Origin: Octopus sinensis
Taxonomy: Eukaryota
Direction of reading: 5' to 3'
Length of the DNA: 64,000 nucleotides
Assembly (NCBI RefSeq): GCF_006345805.1
Contig: NC_043002.1
Coordinates: 69,812,001 to 69,876,000 of the forward strand
Shown in pieces: positions 27,430-39,713 of the stretch; position 1 is the stretch's first letter; each line of letters begins with the position of its first letter. Both the position numbers and the translations under genes were made by a program. Under the pieces are notes generated by a model. The model ran no database searches. It had not been told where the DNA came from and saw only the letters and a list, made by a program, of their open reading frames with translations.

Positions 27430-28100
27430 AGAAGGGCGTGAAAGATATAGATACAATTTTAGGGGATGTTGCAGTGCTTAGAGCTAAAAAAAAAAGCAGT
27501 TGAAACTTAAGGTCTGATGATAAAAGAATGAGAGAAAAAGAGGGAAAGAGAGAAGAAAGAGTGAGAGAGAGAGAGGGGATAGGCAGAAATTGCATGTGTG
27601 TGCGTATGTGTTTCTGTTTGTGTGTTTGTGTGTGTGTTTGTGTGTGGTAGGGAAACGGGTTTTATCCTTCGAATAAATACAGAAACGTCGTCAGATGGCG
27701 TTTGATGAAGGAGATAAAGCCATTGGCCCAGATTTTTCGATGGGAAAGATTTACATCCTTAAGCACAAGTCTGTACACACACACACACGCATACACAAAC
27801 ACACACACACACACACACACACATACACACACGCGCGCGTATATATATACATATATATGCATACATATATGTATATACGGTATACATACAGACAAATACA
27901 TATACAAAGAACACACACATACGCACAAAAAAAATAGACCAGGTGAAGGTGAAAGATAGGCAGGCTGTGAAAGAGGGAGAAAGAGAGTGTGAGCATGTGT
28001 GTGTGTGCGTATGCGTGCACGCCTGCATGTGTGTATGTGTGTGTGTGTGTGTGTTGTGTGTGTGTGTGGTGTGTGTGTGTGTGTGTGTGTGTGTAAGTGT
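26840..28100. repeat. Microsatellite field (AT, GA, GATA, CA/GT)
   Basis: Direct inspection. Confidence 0.9.
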
Positions 28101-28364
28101 GCGCACACGTACGAACATAAAACGGTAGAAGCCAGCAAAATTTTATCTTTGGAATTGTTATTGGTTGAGAATTTCAAGGAAATACTGAAAACAGTTCGTG
28201 AGAACGTGTGACTAATATCACTCATTTTAAAACTGTCAATTTGAGAAAGAATGGTGATACAAAATGGTTGGCTTGACCAGCCGTGGTTTTCTGTTGCCAA
28301 GCAGTTATGTTGGAACAGGAACGGTGGCATAATATTGGCGTACTCAGCCACAGATTTAGGGTAA

Positions 28365-28690
28365 GTGGTAAATGACCCCTGTCGGTCATAAACGACAATG
28401 AGATTGCATCTAGGAAATTCCCCTCCGAGGCACAAGTCCGGGTAAGGTTGCTTATGGAAGACCAGTAATCTCCCATGCATACCAGACTCCCCTCTCCACG
28501 CCACCAATGTTATCCAAGGAATAAGCAAAGACCAGTACAACTTGGAACCCGTGACGTTGCAACTCATTTCTACAGCTGAGTGAACTGGAGCAACGTGAGA
28601 TAAAGTGTCTTGCTCAAGAACACAACGCACAGCACAGTCCAGGAATCGAACTCACTGCCTAATGATTGTATGCCCGACAATCTTACCACA
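28365..28690 (-). mobile_element. SINE family C
   Basis: Reverse complement of the 59851 copy. Confidence 0.8.
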
Positions 28691-28744
28691 TGGAAAGTGA
28701 TGTAGTCGGTCGATTGTATGGACTCCATTACTTGGCAGGTACTA

Positions 28745-29143
28745 CAGGGTGTTCAAAAAGTCTCTCCGCAGTAAGTATTTTGCAAAATAAATATTTATAA
28801 GAAATATTTAGAAGAAACAGTCAACAGTTTTAACGTCTCAGGAATCTTTAATGCCCTAACCAAAAGTAACAAACCATACAATCAATAAACATCTCCACAA
28901 CTTAACACCGTCCGAGTTAACCCTCTTCACCTATACAAACCGTCCAATGGACGAAGGCGTTTGCTAGTATTGCATATATATATATACATACACAGACTTC
29001 ATAAGGCTTTAAAAAATTTTATAAGAGATGTTGAAGGTGTCGTCCTTCATTTTCAATACATAAGTTGACTCTTCTACACATGTTTTGAAATACATCTTGG
29101 AGAGTCTGAAAATTCACTGCGGAGAAACTTTTTGAACATCCTC
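28745..29143. mobile_element. Tc1/mariner-type MITE
   Basis: 28-bp TIRs CAGGGTGTTCAAAAAGTCTCTCCGCAGT (28745-28772) and ACTGCGGAGAAACTTTTTGAACATCCTC (29116-29143), 3 mismatches, TA before the left end. Confidence 0.65.
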
Positions 29144-29384
29144 GAACCTGGAAAAATGAAGTGCAAATTTATTTTCAATGGGATTTGAAAGTATTAATGT
29201 GAAGGGATGTAACTAAACACCGCAAACCTAAATGTCCGCCGTTTTAACGATTCTGCCCGTCTACAATTCTTTTGTATGATATAAATAAATCAACAATCTC
29301 TGCGAGTTGAGAATGCAAGTGGAAGATATTTCTGCACATATGAGAGTGTGCGTGCGTGCGTGTGTGTGTGCGTGTGAGGGGTCC

Positions 29385-29415
<31 letters not shown>

Positions 29416-29687
29416 CATGTGTGTATGTATATATGTATACATGGGTATGTATATATATATATATATAATATATATATATATTATATACACATTATATATA
29501 TATTATATACAGTTTTATATACAGTACGTATTATGTATATATGTATGTATATATATATGCATATAATGTATGTATATATATATTATATATATATATATTA
29601 TATACACATTTATATATATATATATATACAGTTTTATATACAGTACGTATTATGTATATATGTATGTATATATATATGCATATAATG

Positions 29688-29742
<55 letters not shown>

Positions 29743-29804
29743 TATATGCATATATATATACATACATATATACATAATACGTACATATATACATACATAC
29801 ATAT

Positions 29805-30192
29805 ACTCTTTTACTCCTTTACTTGTTTCAGTCATTTGACTGTGGCCATGCTGGACCACCACCTTTTAGTCGAGCAAATCGACCCCAGGACTTATTCTTT
29901 GTAAGCCTAGTACTTATTCTATCGGTCTCTTTTTTGCCGAACCGCTAAGTAACTGGGACATAAACACACCAGCATCGGTTGTCAAGCGATACAGACACAC
30001 AAACACGCACACACATATATATATATACATATATACATATATACGACGGGCTTCTTTCAGTTTCCGTCTACCAAATCCACTCACAAGGCTTTGGTCGGCC
30101 CGAGGCTATAGTAGAAGACACTTACCCAAGGTGCCACGCAGTGGGAATGAACCCGGTACCATGTGGTTGGTAAGCAAGCTACTTACCACACA
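29805..30192 (-). mobile_element. SINE family A
   Basis: Family A tail, body and head. Preceded by a long AT/ATGT field (29340-29800). Confidence 0.85.
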
Positions 30193-30199
30193 CTTTGGT

Positions 30200-31010
30200 C
30201 TCTTATATGTAAATATAGAAATCTAAATTTTGTACGATTCTTATTCTTCCCTTCTTTGTTTCTTCCTATCAGCCCCTTCACACTTACTTCGTTCTTTCCA
30301 CTCTTCTTTCTTTCTTTCCCCCCTCTCAGATTTCCTGGCTTTCTCTTCATTCTCACCTTCCCTCCTCTTTCACTTTGCTCAGTCCCTTTTCTTTTTTTCT
30401 CGTCCCTCCCTAATTCTTCTATCCCTGTGTCTCTACCTCTCTCCTCTCTCTCCACGTGACCAGTGTTCGGCCAAGCCTAACCTTTCTTTCTTGGTTCGAC
30501 CACCATTCGTGCAACGTCTATATTCCTCCCCATGCCTATCAACTCATATGTCCCTGCCGTAAGGCTTCACTTCCACACACGCCAGCTTAATTTAATTCGA
30601 CCTTAGTCGAAAGACACCCGTTGTTAATGTCCTGTTATTTGCATTTGTATTTGTGTACCATTTCTCATTTTTTTTTCGTATACAATCGCTGCTTTCTTCC
30701 AAAGAATCCAGTGCTCTTAGCTTAGTTTTTCCTTGGGGCTGGCCAGATTGGAGCAATCTCGGGTATAACCAGCCGAAATTGCAAAGATAATCTGTAACTC
30801 GACCGAGGAAAGAAAACTCTCCTGTCTTAGAAAGAACTTTTTCTTCGTCCATTCCCTTCTGGTCATTTCAAAATGTAACCACGTGTGTATCGTTGGCGAT
30901 TTTCTTCCTCCGTCTTCCCTTCCTTTGGACTTGACTCTATTTCTGAAGAAGAGCTTTGCTCGAAAAGTTAAATCCTCTTTCCTTCCTTTTCTGAACGTCT
31001 GATAATACAG
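30200..31010 (+). mobile_element. Non-autonomous Penelope-derived element ending in a hammerhead-bearing terminal segment
   Basis: 30200-30830 is an inverted paralog of 34230-34830. 30890-31010 aligns with 33895-34010. Confidence 0.6.
30939..30973 (+). ncRNA. Minimal hammerhead ribozyme motif, canonical core, stem III mutated
   Basis: ATTT-CTGAAGA-A-GAGC-TTT-GCTC-GAAA-AGTT-AAAT: stem I ATTT/AAAT, CUGANGA, stem II, GAAA. Confidence 0.5.
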
Positions 31011-31149
31011 TACTTAATTAACCGCCATTTTATAAAAAATATATAAATGTTTATATGACTGTGTGCTATGTTTATATGATCGTAAAATGTTTATGTAACA
31101 ACATACTACGCTAATTTAAAGTGAGTATCTATCTATCAATCTGCTAATA

Positions 31150-31398
31150 GGAAGAATATTATATCCCACAAACCCACTAGCCGTTCTTCATACTGTGACA
31201 TCAACTCATCCTTGTTTATTGGATGCTGTTAAATAGACATCATAATTTATGAAGGAGAAGCTTATGAAGCTAACCCAACAAACCTAAACCATGACAATAC
31301 TCTAAAACGTTACGTGGCCAACTCGAAGTGAATTTCAAGGATAAAATTATTGACTCATTCTTTTTTTTCAGAAGCTTTGCACAGTGGAATGCAAAGAA

Positions 31399-31461
<63 letters not shown>

Positions 31462-31935
31462 AGATTGGCTGTAGGCTAATTTGTCTCTTTAACCAGCTAA
31501 ACAACTTTAGCTTAGCATCGCTACGTGTCGAACACTGATATATACAGCTTAGATATCTACTGTGACATCAACTCATCCTTGTTTATTGGATGCTGTTAAA
31601 TAGACATCATAATTTATGAAGGAGAAGCTTATGAAGCTAACCCAACAAACCTAAACCATTACACTAGTCTAAAACGTTACGTGGCCAACTCGAAGTGAAT
31701 TTCAAGGATAAAATTATTGACTCATTCTTTTTTTTCAGAAACTTTCTTATTACATTTGGTCATTGAAAGAAAATGCTTCAAACTATAAAATCGTCAAGAA
31801 GAACGTTGAAAGATCAAGGCTTTCGAAAAATGGCAGTAACAGGAGAACCCTATGTAAGACGGAATCTAAATAGAACATATCTGTATTTAAGTATTAGGTG
31901 TGAAATTTTTGCAAAAATGCAAGCAAGTAGGTAAT
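31150..31935 (+). pseudogene. Second Penelope-like GIY-YIG remnant with an internal 183-bp duplication
   Basis: IISH...C......GCC..IIIYEG, KLSYYIWSLKENASNYKI...NGSNRRTLCKTES, LSIRCEIFAK.C resembles the PLE C-terminus ELSKYIW.LK...C.LCL.EK...LNKRSE...CRH. 31191-31373 repeats at 31558-31740. Confidence 0.65.
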
Positions 31936-32199
31936 TTCATTTTATGGAGCTGAAAACAGCCGTTTTTAATTTGCAGTTATATGCGAGTGTATCAACGAAA
32001 TATGTGTGAATGCATGCAACTGATTAAGCACACATTGTTACTGAACCTTCTTATAGCTAACCAACCTATTGGCCTTATTAATCTTGTATCAATCTATTAT
32101 CACATTGTAACTACATACATTTCCGCTCATTTTTTTTTTTTTGATGTTTACTATATTTTCGTTTTCTTTTTTTAAGTGAGTCCTTTAGTGTTTATTCTT

Positions 32200-32570
32200 T
32201 GCTATTCTAGGCACAGGGCCCGAAATTTTAGGAGAGGGGGCCAGTCGATTAGATCGACCCCAGTACGCAACTGGTACTTAGTTTATCGACCCCGAAAGGA
32301 TGAAAGGCAAAGTTGATCTCGGCGGAATTTGAACTCATAACGTAAAGACAGACGAAATACCTATTTCTTTACTACCCACAAGGGGCTAAACACAGAGAGG
32401 ACAAACAAGGACAGACACACGGTTAAGTCAATTACATCGACCCCAGTGCGTAACTGGTACTTATTTAATCGACCCCGAAAGGATGACAGGCAAAGTCGAC
32501 CTCGGCGGAATTTGAACTCAGAACGTAACGACAGACGAAATACTGCTAAGCATTTCGCTTGGCATGCTAT
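32200..32570 (-). mobile_element. Dimeric SINE B
   Basis: Same AAAGAAATAG|GTATTTCGTC junction, at ~32360. Confidence 0.85.
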
Positions 32571-32698
32571 AGCCTTTATTGTGTATCGAACAATTGTCGC
32601 ATACGTTTCTTATTACAAACACTCATAATAACTCTTCATTTAATTTTATTTTACATTTTCACTTTGTTACATGCCCATTTTCTTTATAAAGAACATAG

Positions 32699-33035
32699 GC
32701 GCTAGAGTGGCTGTGTGGTGAGTATTTTGCTTACCAACCACATGGTTCCGGGTTCAGTCCCACTGCGTGGAACCTTGGGTAAGTGTCTTCTGCTATATCC
32801 TCGGGCCGACCAAAGCCTTGTGAAAGGATTTTATTGAAGGAAACTGAAAGAAATCCGTCGTATCTGTATGTATTTATGTGTCTGTGTTTGTGCCCCCACC
32901 ATCGCTTGACAACCGATGTTGGTGTGTTTACGTCCCCGTAACTTAGCAGTTCGGCAAAAGAAACCGATAGAATAACTTCTAAGCTTACAAAGAATAAGTC
33001 CTGGAGTCGATTTGCTCGACTAAATGCGGTGCCCG
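32699..33035 (+). mobile_element. SINE family A
   Basis: Family A head, body and tail, short internal microsatellite. Confidence 0.8.
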
Positions 33036-33286
33036 CAGTAAGTTTTTAAAAAAGGCTTTAAGTTCATTTTAAGGGTTTCTTACTTTTAATCAACTTTTGT
33101 GATTTTTAACTGACCCCGCGATAACTAAATTTTCCCAGAATGCTTTGAATGCTCCAAAGGAAGTGAATATGCCTTACTCTCCCACATAAAACAAAAGATT
33201 ACTTTAGCTGAGGTTCTGGATCAATCGATATATATTCGGTTCATAATCAATTATTAAACTCTGAGTCACCCAAAATATATTCATAT

Positions 33287-33318
<32 letters not shown>

Positions 33319-33431
33319 GCGTGCGTGGGGTGTGTGAAAGGCCATACATACATCTGCTTGCATATATACATGCATTTGCATTTACATGCATACATACATG
33401 TTTATGTGCGTGTGTGTATATATATATATAT

Positions 33432-33607
33432 ACTTTTAATTTATTATTTTACTTATTTCAGTCATTTGATTGCGGCCATGCTGGAGCACCGCCTTTGAAA
33501 GTCTAATACTTCTTCTATCGCTCACTTTTGCCAAACCGCCAGGTTACGGGGACGAAAACACACCAACATCGGTTGTCAAGCGATGGTGGCTGAACAAAAA
33601 CACACAA

Positions 33608-33689
<82 letters not shown>

Positions 33690-33818
33690 ATACAACGGGC
33701 TTCTTTCAGTTTCATTCTATCAAATCGACTCAAAAGGCCCTGGTCGTCCCGAGACTATAGCAGAAGGCAATTGCCGGAACCATGTGGTTGGAAGCGAGCT
33801 TCTTACCACACACCTACA

Positions 33819-33820
<2 letters not shown>
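33432..33820 (-). mobile_element. SINE family A with internal (ATCT)n
   Basis: Family A motifs, partial deletions. Confidence 0.75.
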
Positions 33821-33860
<40 letters not shown>

Positions 33861-33864
<4 letters not shown>

Positions 33865-34069
33865 CATGTGATCTCTTGAGCACCGCCAGCAAAAATATTT
33901 TTTTCCTCTGTCTTCCCTTCTCGGGATCTTTCCTTCTCCTTGTTTCCGACGAAGAGCTCCGCTCGAAACGTTAAACCCTCCTTCCCTTCTTTCCTGAGCG
34001 TCAAATAATACTTTAATTGTTCCACGTCCTCGCGTTGCTGTGTTCTTTTCTGTGTTTTCTTGTTTGGAT

Positions 34070-34073
<4 letters not shown>
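33861..34073 (+). mobile_element. ~215-bp TA-embedded element (family E, Penelope pLTR-like) carrying a hammerhead motif
   Basis: Near-identical to 55639-55863 (-). Flanked by (TA)n on both sides. Confidence 0.75.
33942..33976 (+). ncRNA. Minimal hammerhead ribozyme motif (U4C variant, palindromic stem III)
   Basis: GTTT-CCGACGA-A-GAGC-TCC-GCTC-GAAA-CGTT-AAAC. The AACGTT palindrome fits a dimeric stem III. Confidence 0.55.
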
Positions 34074-34112
<39 letters not shown>

Positions 34113-34159
34113 ATATAATATAATATAATATAATATAATATAATATATATATATATAAT

Positions 34160-34564
34160 ACAAAAAAGGGACAACAAAACATCCAGACAGACGATACAAA
34201 GAAAACAAGGATGGGTCATTCGGAGTTTTCGTTCCTCAGTCGAGTTCCAGACTATCTTTGCAATTTCAGCTGGTTAAATTCGAGATTTCTCCAATCTGGC
34301 CATCCCCAAAGAAAAAATAAGCTAAGAGTACTAGATTCTTTGCAAGAAAGCAGCGAAGAAATGGTACACAAATACAAATAACAGGCCAATAACAACGGAT
34401 GTCTTTCGACCAAGGGTGGCCTGTGTGCAAGAAAAGCCTTATGGCAGGGACATAAGATTTGACTGGCACATGGAGGAGTATAGATAGAAGAATATAGATG
34501 TTGCACAGATTGTGGTCAAACTAAGAAAGAAAGGTCAGGCTTGGCCGAACACCGGTCACGTGGG

Positions 34565-34631
<67 letters not shown>

Positions 34632-35120
34632 AAGCAGAGGGATTGAAGAATTAAGGGGGGACGAGAAAAGAAGTGAAAGGGACAGAGTGAAGTGAAAGGG
34701 ACCGAGTGAAGTGAAAGAGAGGAGAGAAGGTGAGCATGAAGAGAAGGCCAGGAAATGTGAGAGTGGGGGGACAAAAGAGCGAAGGAAAGAATGAAAGAAC
34801 AGAAAGCAATAGAGTCGTACAAAGTTTATATATATACAGTATATATATATACTTACATATAAGTGACCAAAGTGTACGTACGCCGCTATATTTTTATATA
34901 TAAAAAACTCAAAGATGGGACTAGAACGCAAAACATTTAGACAGTTAGGTTATATATATATATATATATCGGAGCGATCTCAAGATTAATCAGCCGAAAT
35001 TGCGAGGATGATCCGGTTCTTGACTGAAGATTGAAGGCTTCGAATGTCCCGTCCGTGTTTTTTGTATCGTCTTCTAAATGTTTTGCGTTCTTGTCCCAGT
35101 TTGTATTTTTTTTACATATA
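34160..35120. mobile_element. Penelope-derived non-autonomous pieces (family F): 34160-34830 (-), 34895-34950 (-), 34970-35120 (+)
   Basis: Mutual similarity (GCGATCTC..GATTAA.CAGC.GAAATTGC, GTTTTGCGTTCT.GTCCCA) and similarity to 30200-30830 and 48110-48320. All are TA-embedded. Confidence 0.55.
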
Positions 35121-35134
35121 TATCTATATATATA

Positions 35135-37413
35135 TAATGTAATAATTTGAATTCGCCTTAATGGTCCCTTTGCATACTGAACACTTGGTGAAATTGATTA
35201 ATAATTAATTATTTTGCCCTCTGTTGTTGAAATTATAATTAATCTCCCTCTGATTAATGCTTCGGACTTACCGAAATAAGCATAGAGTTTGATGATTTTA
35301 ACCACGCTGGTGGAAAGGGGAGAAAACAGAGATTCTTCGCTTGCTTATTTTGAATTTGTTGACACTGTTAGTTGGGAGCAGATCTTCGAGAGGGTATGTT
35401 CTTATTTTCAGTGTTTCCAAATCCAAACCAAGGAATTTCCGAGCCGATGATAGAAATGTTGTTTTGACTAATCTTGAAACGTACGTTCTCGAATAACCTT
35501 AGCATTTGATTTTTCGATGTCATTACCCCCAAACTTTTGTGAGTTAAATTATGCAAACACTATATATGAGAGAGATTTTCTTTAAGTATTAGAAATAGCC
35601 TAAAAAAGTTTTTTAGCTGCTATTTCTAATGAGTTCAGTATGCGGCAAAGTAATTTATTTTACTAAGCCCTTTTATATATGTAATAATTTGAATTCGCTT
35701 GAATGGTCCCTTTGCATACTGAACACTGGTGAAATGAAATTGATTAATAATTAATTAATTTTGCCCTCAATGTTTGAAATTATAATTAATCTCCCTCTGA
35801 TTAATGCTTCGGACTTTACCGAAATAAGCATAGAGTTTGATGATTTTAACCCACGTGGTGGAAAGGGGAGAACAGAGATTCTTCGCTTGCTTATTTTGAA
35901 TTTGTTGACACTGTTAGTGGGAGCAGATCTTCGAGAGGGTATGTTCTTATTTTCAGTGTTTCCAAATCCAAACCAAGGAATTTCGAGCCGTGATAGAAAT
36001 GTTGTTTTGACTAATCTTGAAACGTACGTTCTCGAATAACCTTAGCATTTGATTTTTCGATGTCATTACCCCCAAACTTTTGTGAGTTAAATTAGGCAAA
36101 CACTCTATATGAGAGAGATTTTCTTTAAGTATTAGAAATAGCCTTAAAAAAGTTTTTTAGCTGCTATTTCTTTCTAATGAGTTCAGTATGCGGCAAAGTA
36201 ATTTATTTTACTAAGCCCTTTTATATAATGTAATAATTTGAATTCGCCTTGAATGGTCCCTTTGCATACTGAACACTTGGTGAAATGATTAATAATTAAT
36301 TAATTTTGCCCTCAATTGTTGAAATTATAATTAATCTCCCTCTGATTAATGCTTCGGACTTTACCGAAATAAGCATAGAGTTGATGATTTTAAACCACGC
36401 TGGTGGAAAGGGAGAGGGGAGAACAGAGATTCTTCGCTTGCTTATTTTGATTTGTTGACACTGTTAGTTGGGAGCAGATCTTCGAGAGGGTATGTTCTTA
36501 TTTTCAGTGTTTCCAAATCCAAACCAAGGAATTTCCGAGCCGATGATAGAAATGTTGTTTTGACTAATCTTGAAACGTACGTTCTCGAATAACCTTAGCA
36601 TTTGATTTTTCGATGTCATTCCCCAACTTTTGTGAGTTAAATTATGCAAACACTATATATGAGAGAGATTTTCTTTAAGTATTAGAAATAGCCTTAAAAA
36701 AGTTTTTTAGCTGCTATTTCTAATGAGTTCAGTATGCGGCAAAGTAATTTATTTTACTAAGCCCTTTTATATAATGTAATAATTTGAATTCGCTTGAATG
36801 GTCCTTTGCATACTGACACTTGGTGAAATTGATTAATAATTAATTAATTTTGCCCTCAATTGTTGAAATTATAATTAATCTCCCTCTGATTAATGCTTCG
36901 GACTTTACCGAAATAAGCATAGAGTTTGATGATTTTAACCCACGTGGTGGAAAGGGGAGAACAGAGATCTTCGCTTGCTATTTTGAATTTGTTGACACTG
37001 TTAGTTGGGAGCAGATCTTCGAGAGGGTATGTTCTTATTCAGGGTTTCCAAATCCAAACAAGGAATTTCCGAGCCGATGATAGAAATGTTGTTTTGACTA
37101 ATCTTGAAACGTACGTTCTCGAATAACCTTAGCATTTGATTTTTCGATGTCATTACCCCCAAACTTTTGTGAGTTAAATATGCAAACACTATATATGAGA
37201 GAGAGATTTTCTTTAAGTATTAGAAATAGCCTTAAAAAAGTTTTTTAGCTGCTGCTATTTCTAATGAGTTCAGTATGCGGCAAAGTAATTTATTTTACTA
37301 AGCCCTTTTATATAATGTAATAATTTGAATTCGCCTTGAATGGTCCCTTTGCATACTGAACACTTGGTGAAATTGATTAATAATTAATTAATTTTGCCCT
37401 CAATTGTTGAAAT
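35135..37413. repeat. Tandem array of ~545-bp units (4 full + 1 partial), unidentified
   Basis: GTAATAATTTGAATTCG at 35139, 35681, 36230, 36776, 37317 (periods 542, 549, 546, 541). Units differ mainly by 1-nt indels. Confidence 0.95.
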
Positions 37414-37484
37414 TTATATATATATATATATACAGACAGATATATACAGATAGATAGATTGAGAGAGAGAGAGAGAGAGAGTGC

Positions 37485-37545
<61 letters not shown>

Positions 37546-38053
37546 AGTGTGTGTGAGAGAGAGAGTGTGTGTGTGAGAGAGAGAGAAAGAGAGGGAGGCT
37601 GAGAGAAAAGGAAAAACAAATACATCGCCAAATAGACAGACAGACAAGCCAACAGACAGACAGGCGGTCAGAAAAAAAGAGCTGACCGAACATTAGAACT
37701 GTTTCCCTGTGTTCATGGCTGTTGTTTACAATGAAGTCCTGTAAAAACCATTTTACATTTACTATCAGTTATATCCCTTATGTTTTATCTGAATATCGGA
37801 ATTAAATGTAAGTCATTGGGTTTATAAATTAACGCTTCCTGTTTTAATGATAATAACATCTGTTCTAACAATGATACAGCATTGAACGAAAGATATGCAA
37901 GTAAAATCTGATATAACACATTCACAGCTGAATTAGGGTTAATACATTTTATGTTGTTAAGAGTTAATTATTTTAAGTCGGCGTAATTATGCAGTGAATC
38001 ATATTTCGTGCCTGTACGATTGTCTAAAAGAATTTATTATTATATTATTATTA

Positions 38054-38084
<31 letters not shown>

Positions 38085-38110
38085 GTTGTTGTTGTTGTTG
38101 TTGTTGTTGT

Positions 38111-38157
<47 letters not shown>

Positions 38158-38171
38158 TTATTATTATTATT

Positions 38172-38724
38172 GAGTGAGAGAGCAGTGCATGCCATCAAAG
38201 TGACACTGGGGTAAAATATACGAAGCCCAATATACCCATCATGACTACCCGTCTGATAAAGGTACACCAGGCACATGCATCACAACCATATGTGCGCGCC
38301 ATAGTGATCTCATATCAAGATAAAAGCACATGACTTGCAGGTGGGGGCCCAGTTAGAATTTTCTTCAGGTTGAGTAGCCCATCCCGCTCAAAAGGTCCTG
38401 AATAAGGTTGTTAAGGATGTTGAAAGAACCACCCATGTTTCCAGAGGTGAATTATTCAAAAACCCAAAGAATCCCTCTCAACACTGGCTATGCTGCTCCC
38501 CCACTACTTCTGCTCGTGATCAGAGATGCACTATCGTCGCCACTAGGGACATGCTCAACTGGTTAAAGTCAAAAAACTGACAAGCAAATCTGTGGTATTG
38601 AGCAGAATATGTTGCTGTAGCCCATCTTTTATACCAAGACAAAACAATGTACATGATAACACTTCCAATCAGTTAAGATCAGAAGCCATGGGAGCCTCTG
38701 CCTGGTACTGCATCAGGGCATTTA
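38172..38724 (-). mobile_element. ~550-bp non-coding element embedded in (TTA)n (family H)
   Basis: Sharp ends, no ORF. (TTA)(TTG)(TAC) tract at 38038-38171 and (TTA)n at 43427-43480 once the Tx1-B insertion is removed. Orientation inferred from the tail. Confidence 0.45.
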
Positions 38725-38764
38725 TTGACATTTTTCAACATTTTGAATATTACAACAAAAAAAC

Positions 38765-39675
38765 ATGGCTATGAAGCGAACAGTTGGCTGTTCCTTCCTT
38801 CAAGATACATTCCCTCCGCAAACACACACAACTCGTCCAAAACACCCACTTCACGCCTTAAAAGGCAACAAAGATTCTCCTTCCGAACCGCAGAGCACGA
38901 GCTCCGTTCAAAAGGAGAATGCAAGCCAGGACGTCGCGTTCGACGTAATTCTCGATTTTTCCCCTCTGCCTTCACCTAATGTTTTGGTACGGAAGGAGGA
39001 GGAAAAAAAAACAAATACAAAAATCATCACAAACATTGACACGGAGATAAAAGAAAAAACTTCCAACAATTTTGCTTCTGCTGCGAAGCAAATTTCGGAG
39101 GAAGTTAAGATAACTCTAGAAGATGTGAAAAGAGCGAAGAATTGTTAAGGAAGGATGGCAATGGTATCTTCCTCAATACTCCACAAGAGGTGATTGAAAG
39201 CACCAACAAGCAAACAATAATTTACAAAGTTTTCGACAGAAAACTAAAAGAAATAACAAATGCCACACCCCAACAGTTGGAGATAGCTCTAAAGCCCATT
39301 TGGGCCCAAAAGAGCTACGTAACCAAGGGGAAGCGTTTTGGAACCGTGGAGGTTCGCTTCCCAACAGAGGAGCTTGCAAGGGCGACGCCATTTCGCCCTT
39401 GCAAACTGAGAATTTGTTACTAATTCCGACCCACCTCGGAAAACAAAACAAGCACAAACATTACAGATTTCATAATACCTACACACAACACACCACCAGC
39501 ACACATTCTCACAATAAAAATAAACAAAACAGTTTACAACGAAATAAAACAAATATTCCCTAACGATGTGGGATCGTTAGGGAAAAGTTTCTCTCAGAAA
39601 CTTTACAAAAATATTATTGAAGCACCCGTGCAAAAGCACAAGGGAGCCACCCCCCCCACCAACAACAGTAAGTAG
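38765..39675 (+). pseudogene. Tx1-B ORF1 with internal deletion removing the zinc knuckle
   Basis: KGKRFGTVEVRFPTEELAR..LLLIPTHLGK aligns with copy A's RRM-like region, then jumps to the C-terminal FPNDVG..SQKLYKNIIE homolog. No CCHC. Confidence 0.75.
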
Positions 39676-39713
39676 AGCCTTTTTTCTCCTTTTTTCCCCC
39701 TAACTTTTGAAAC

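Noticed and set aside
27662-27775. Unique island between microsatellites (RLVLKDVNL...NGFISFIKRH)
   Set aside because: No convincing splice pair or protein motif.
31739-31853. Apparent exon (TTTTTCAG ... GTAAGA) with an open frame
   Set aside because: The peptide and its continuation match a Penelope GIY-YIG C-terminus, so it is better explained as a TE remnant.
35024-35048. CTGAAGA...CGAATGTC hammerhead-like motif in family F (also ~48222 and ~34230)
   Set aside because: It has GAAT rather than GAAA and no clear stems I or II, so at best it is a degenerate motif.
9245-37413. CRISPR-like periodicity in the SINE-B array and the 545-bp array
   Set aside because: No short constant repeats with unique equal-length spacers, no cas genes, and a eukaryotic context.
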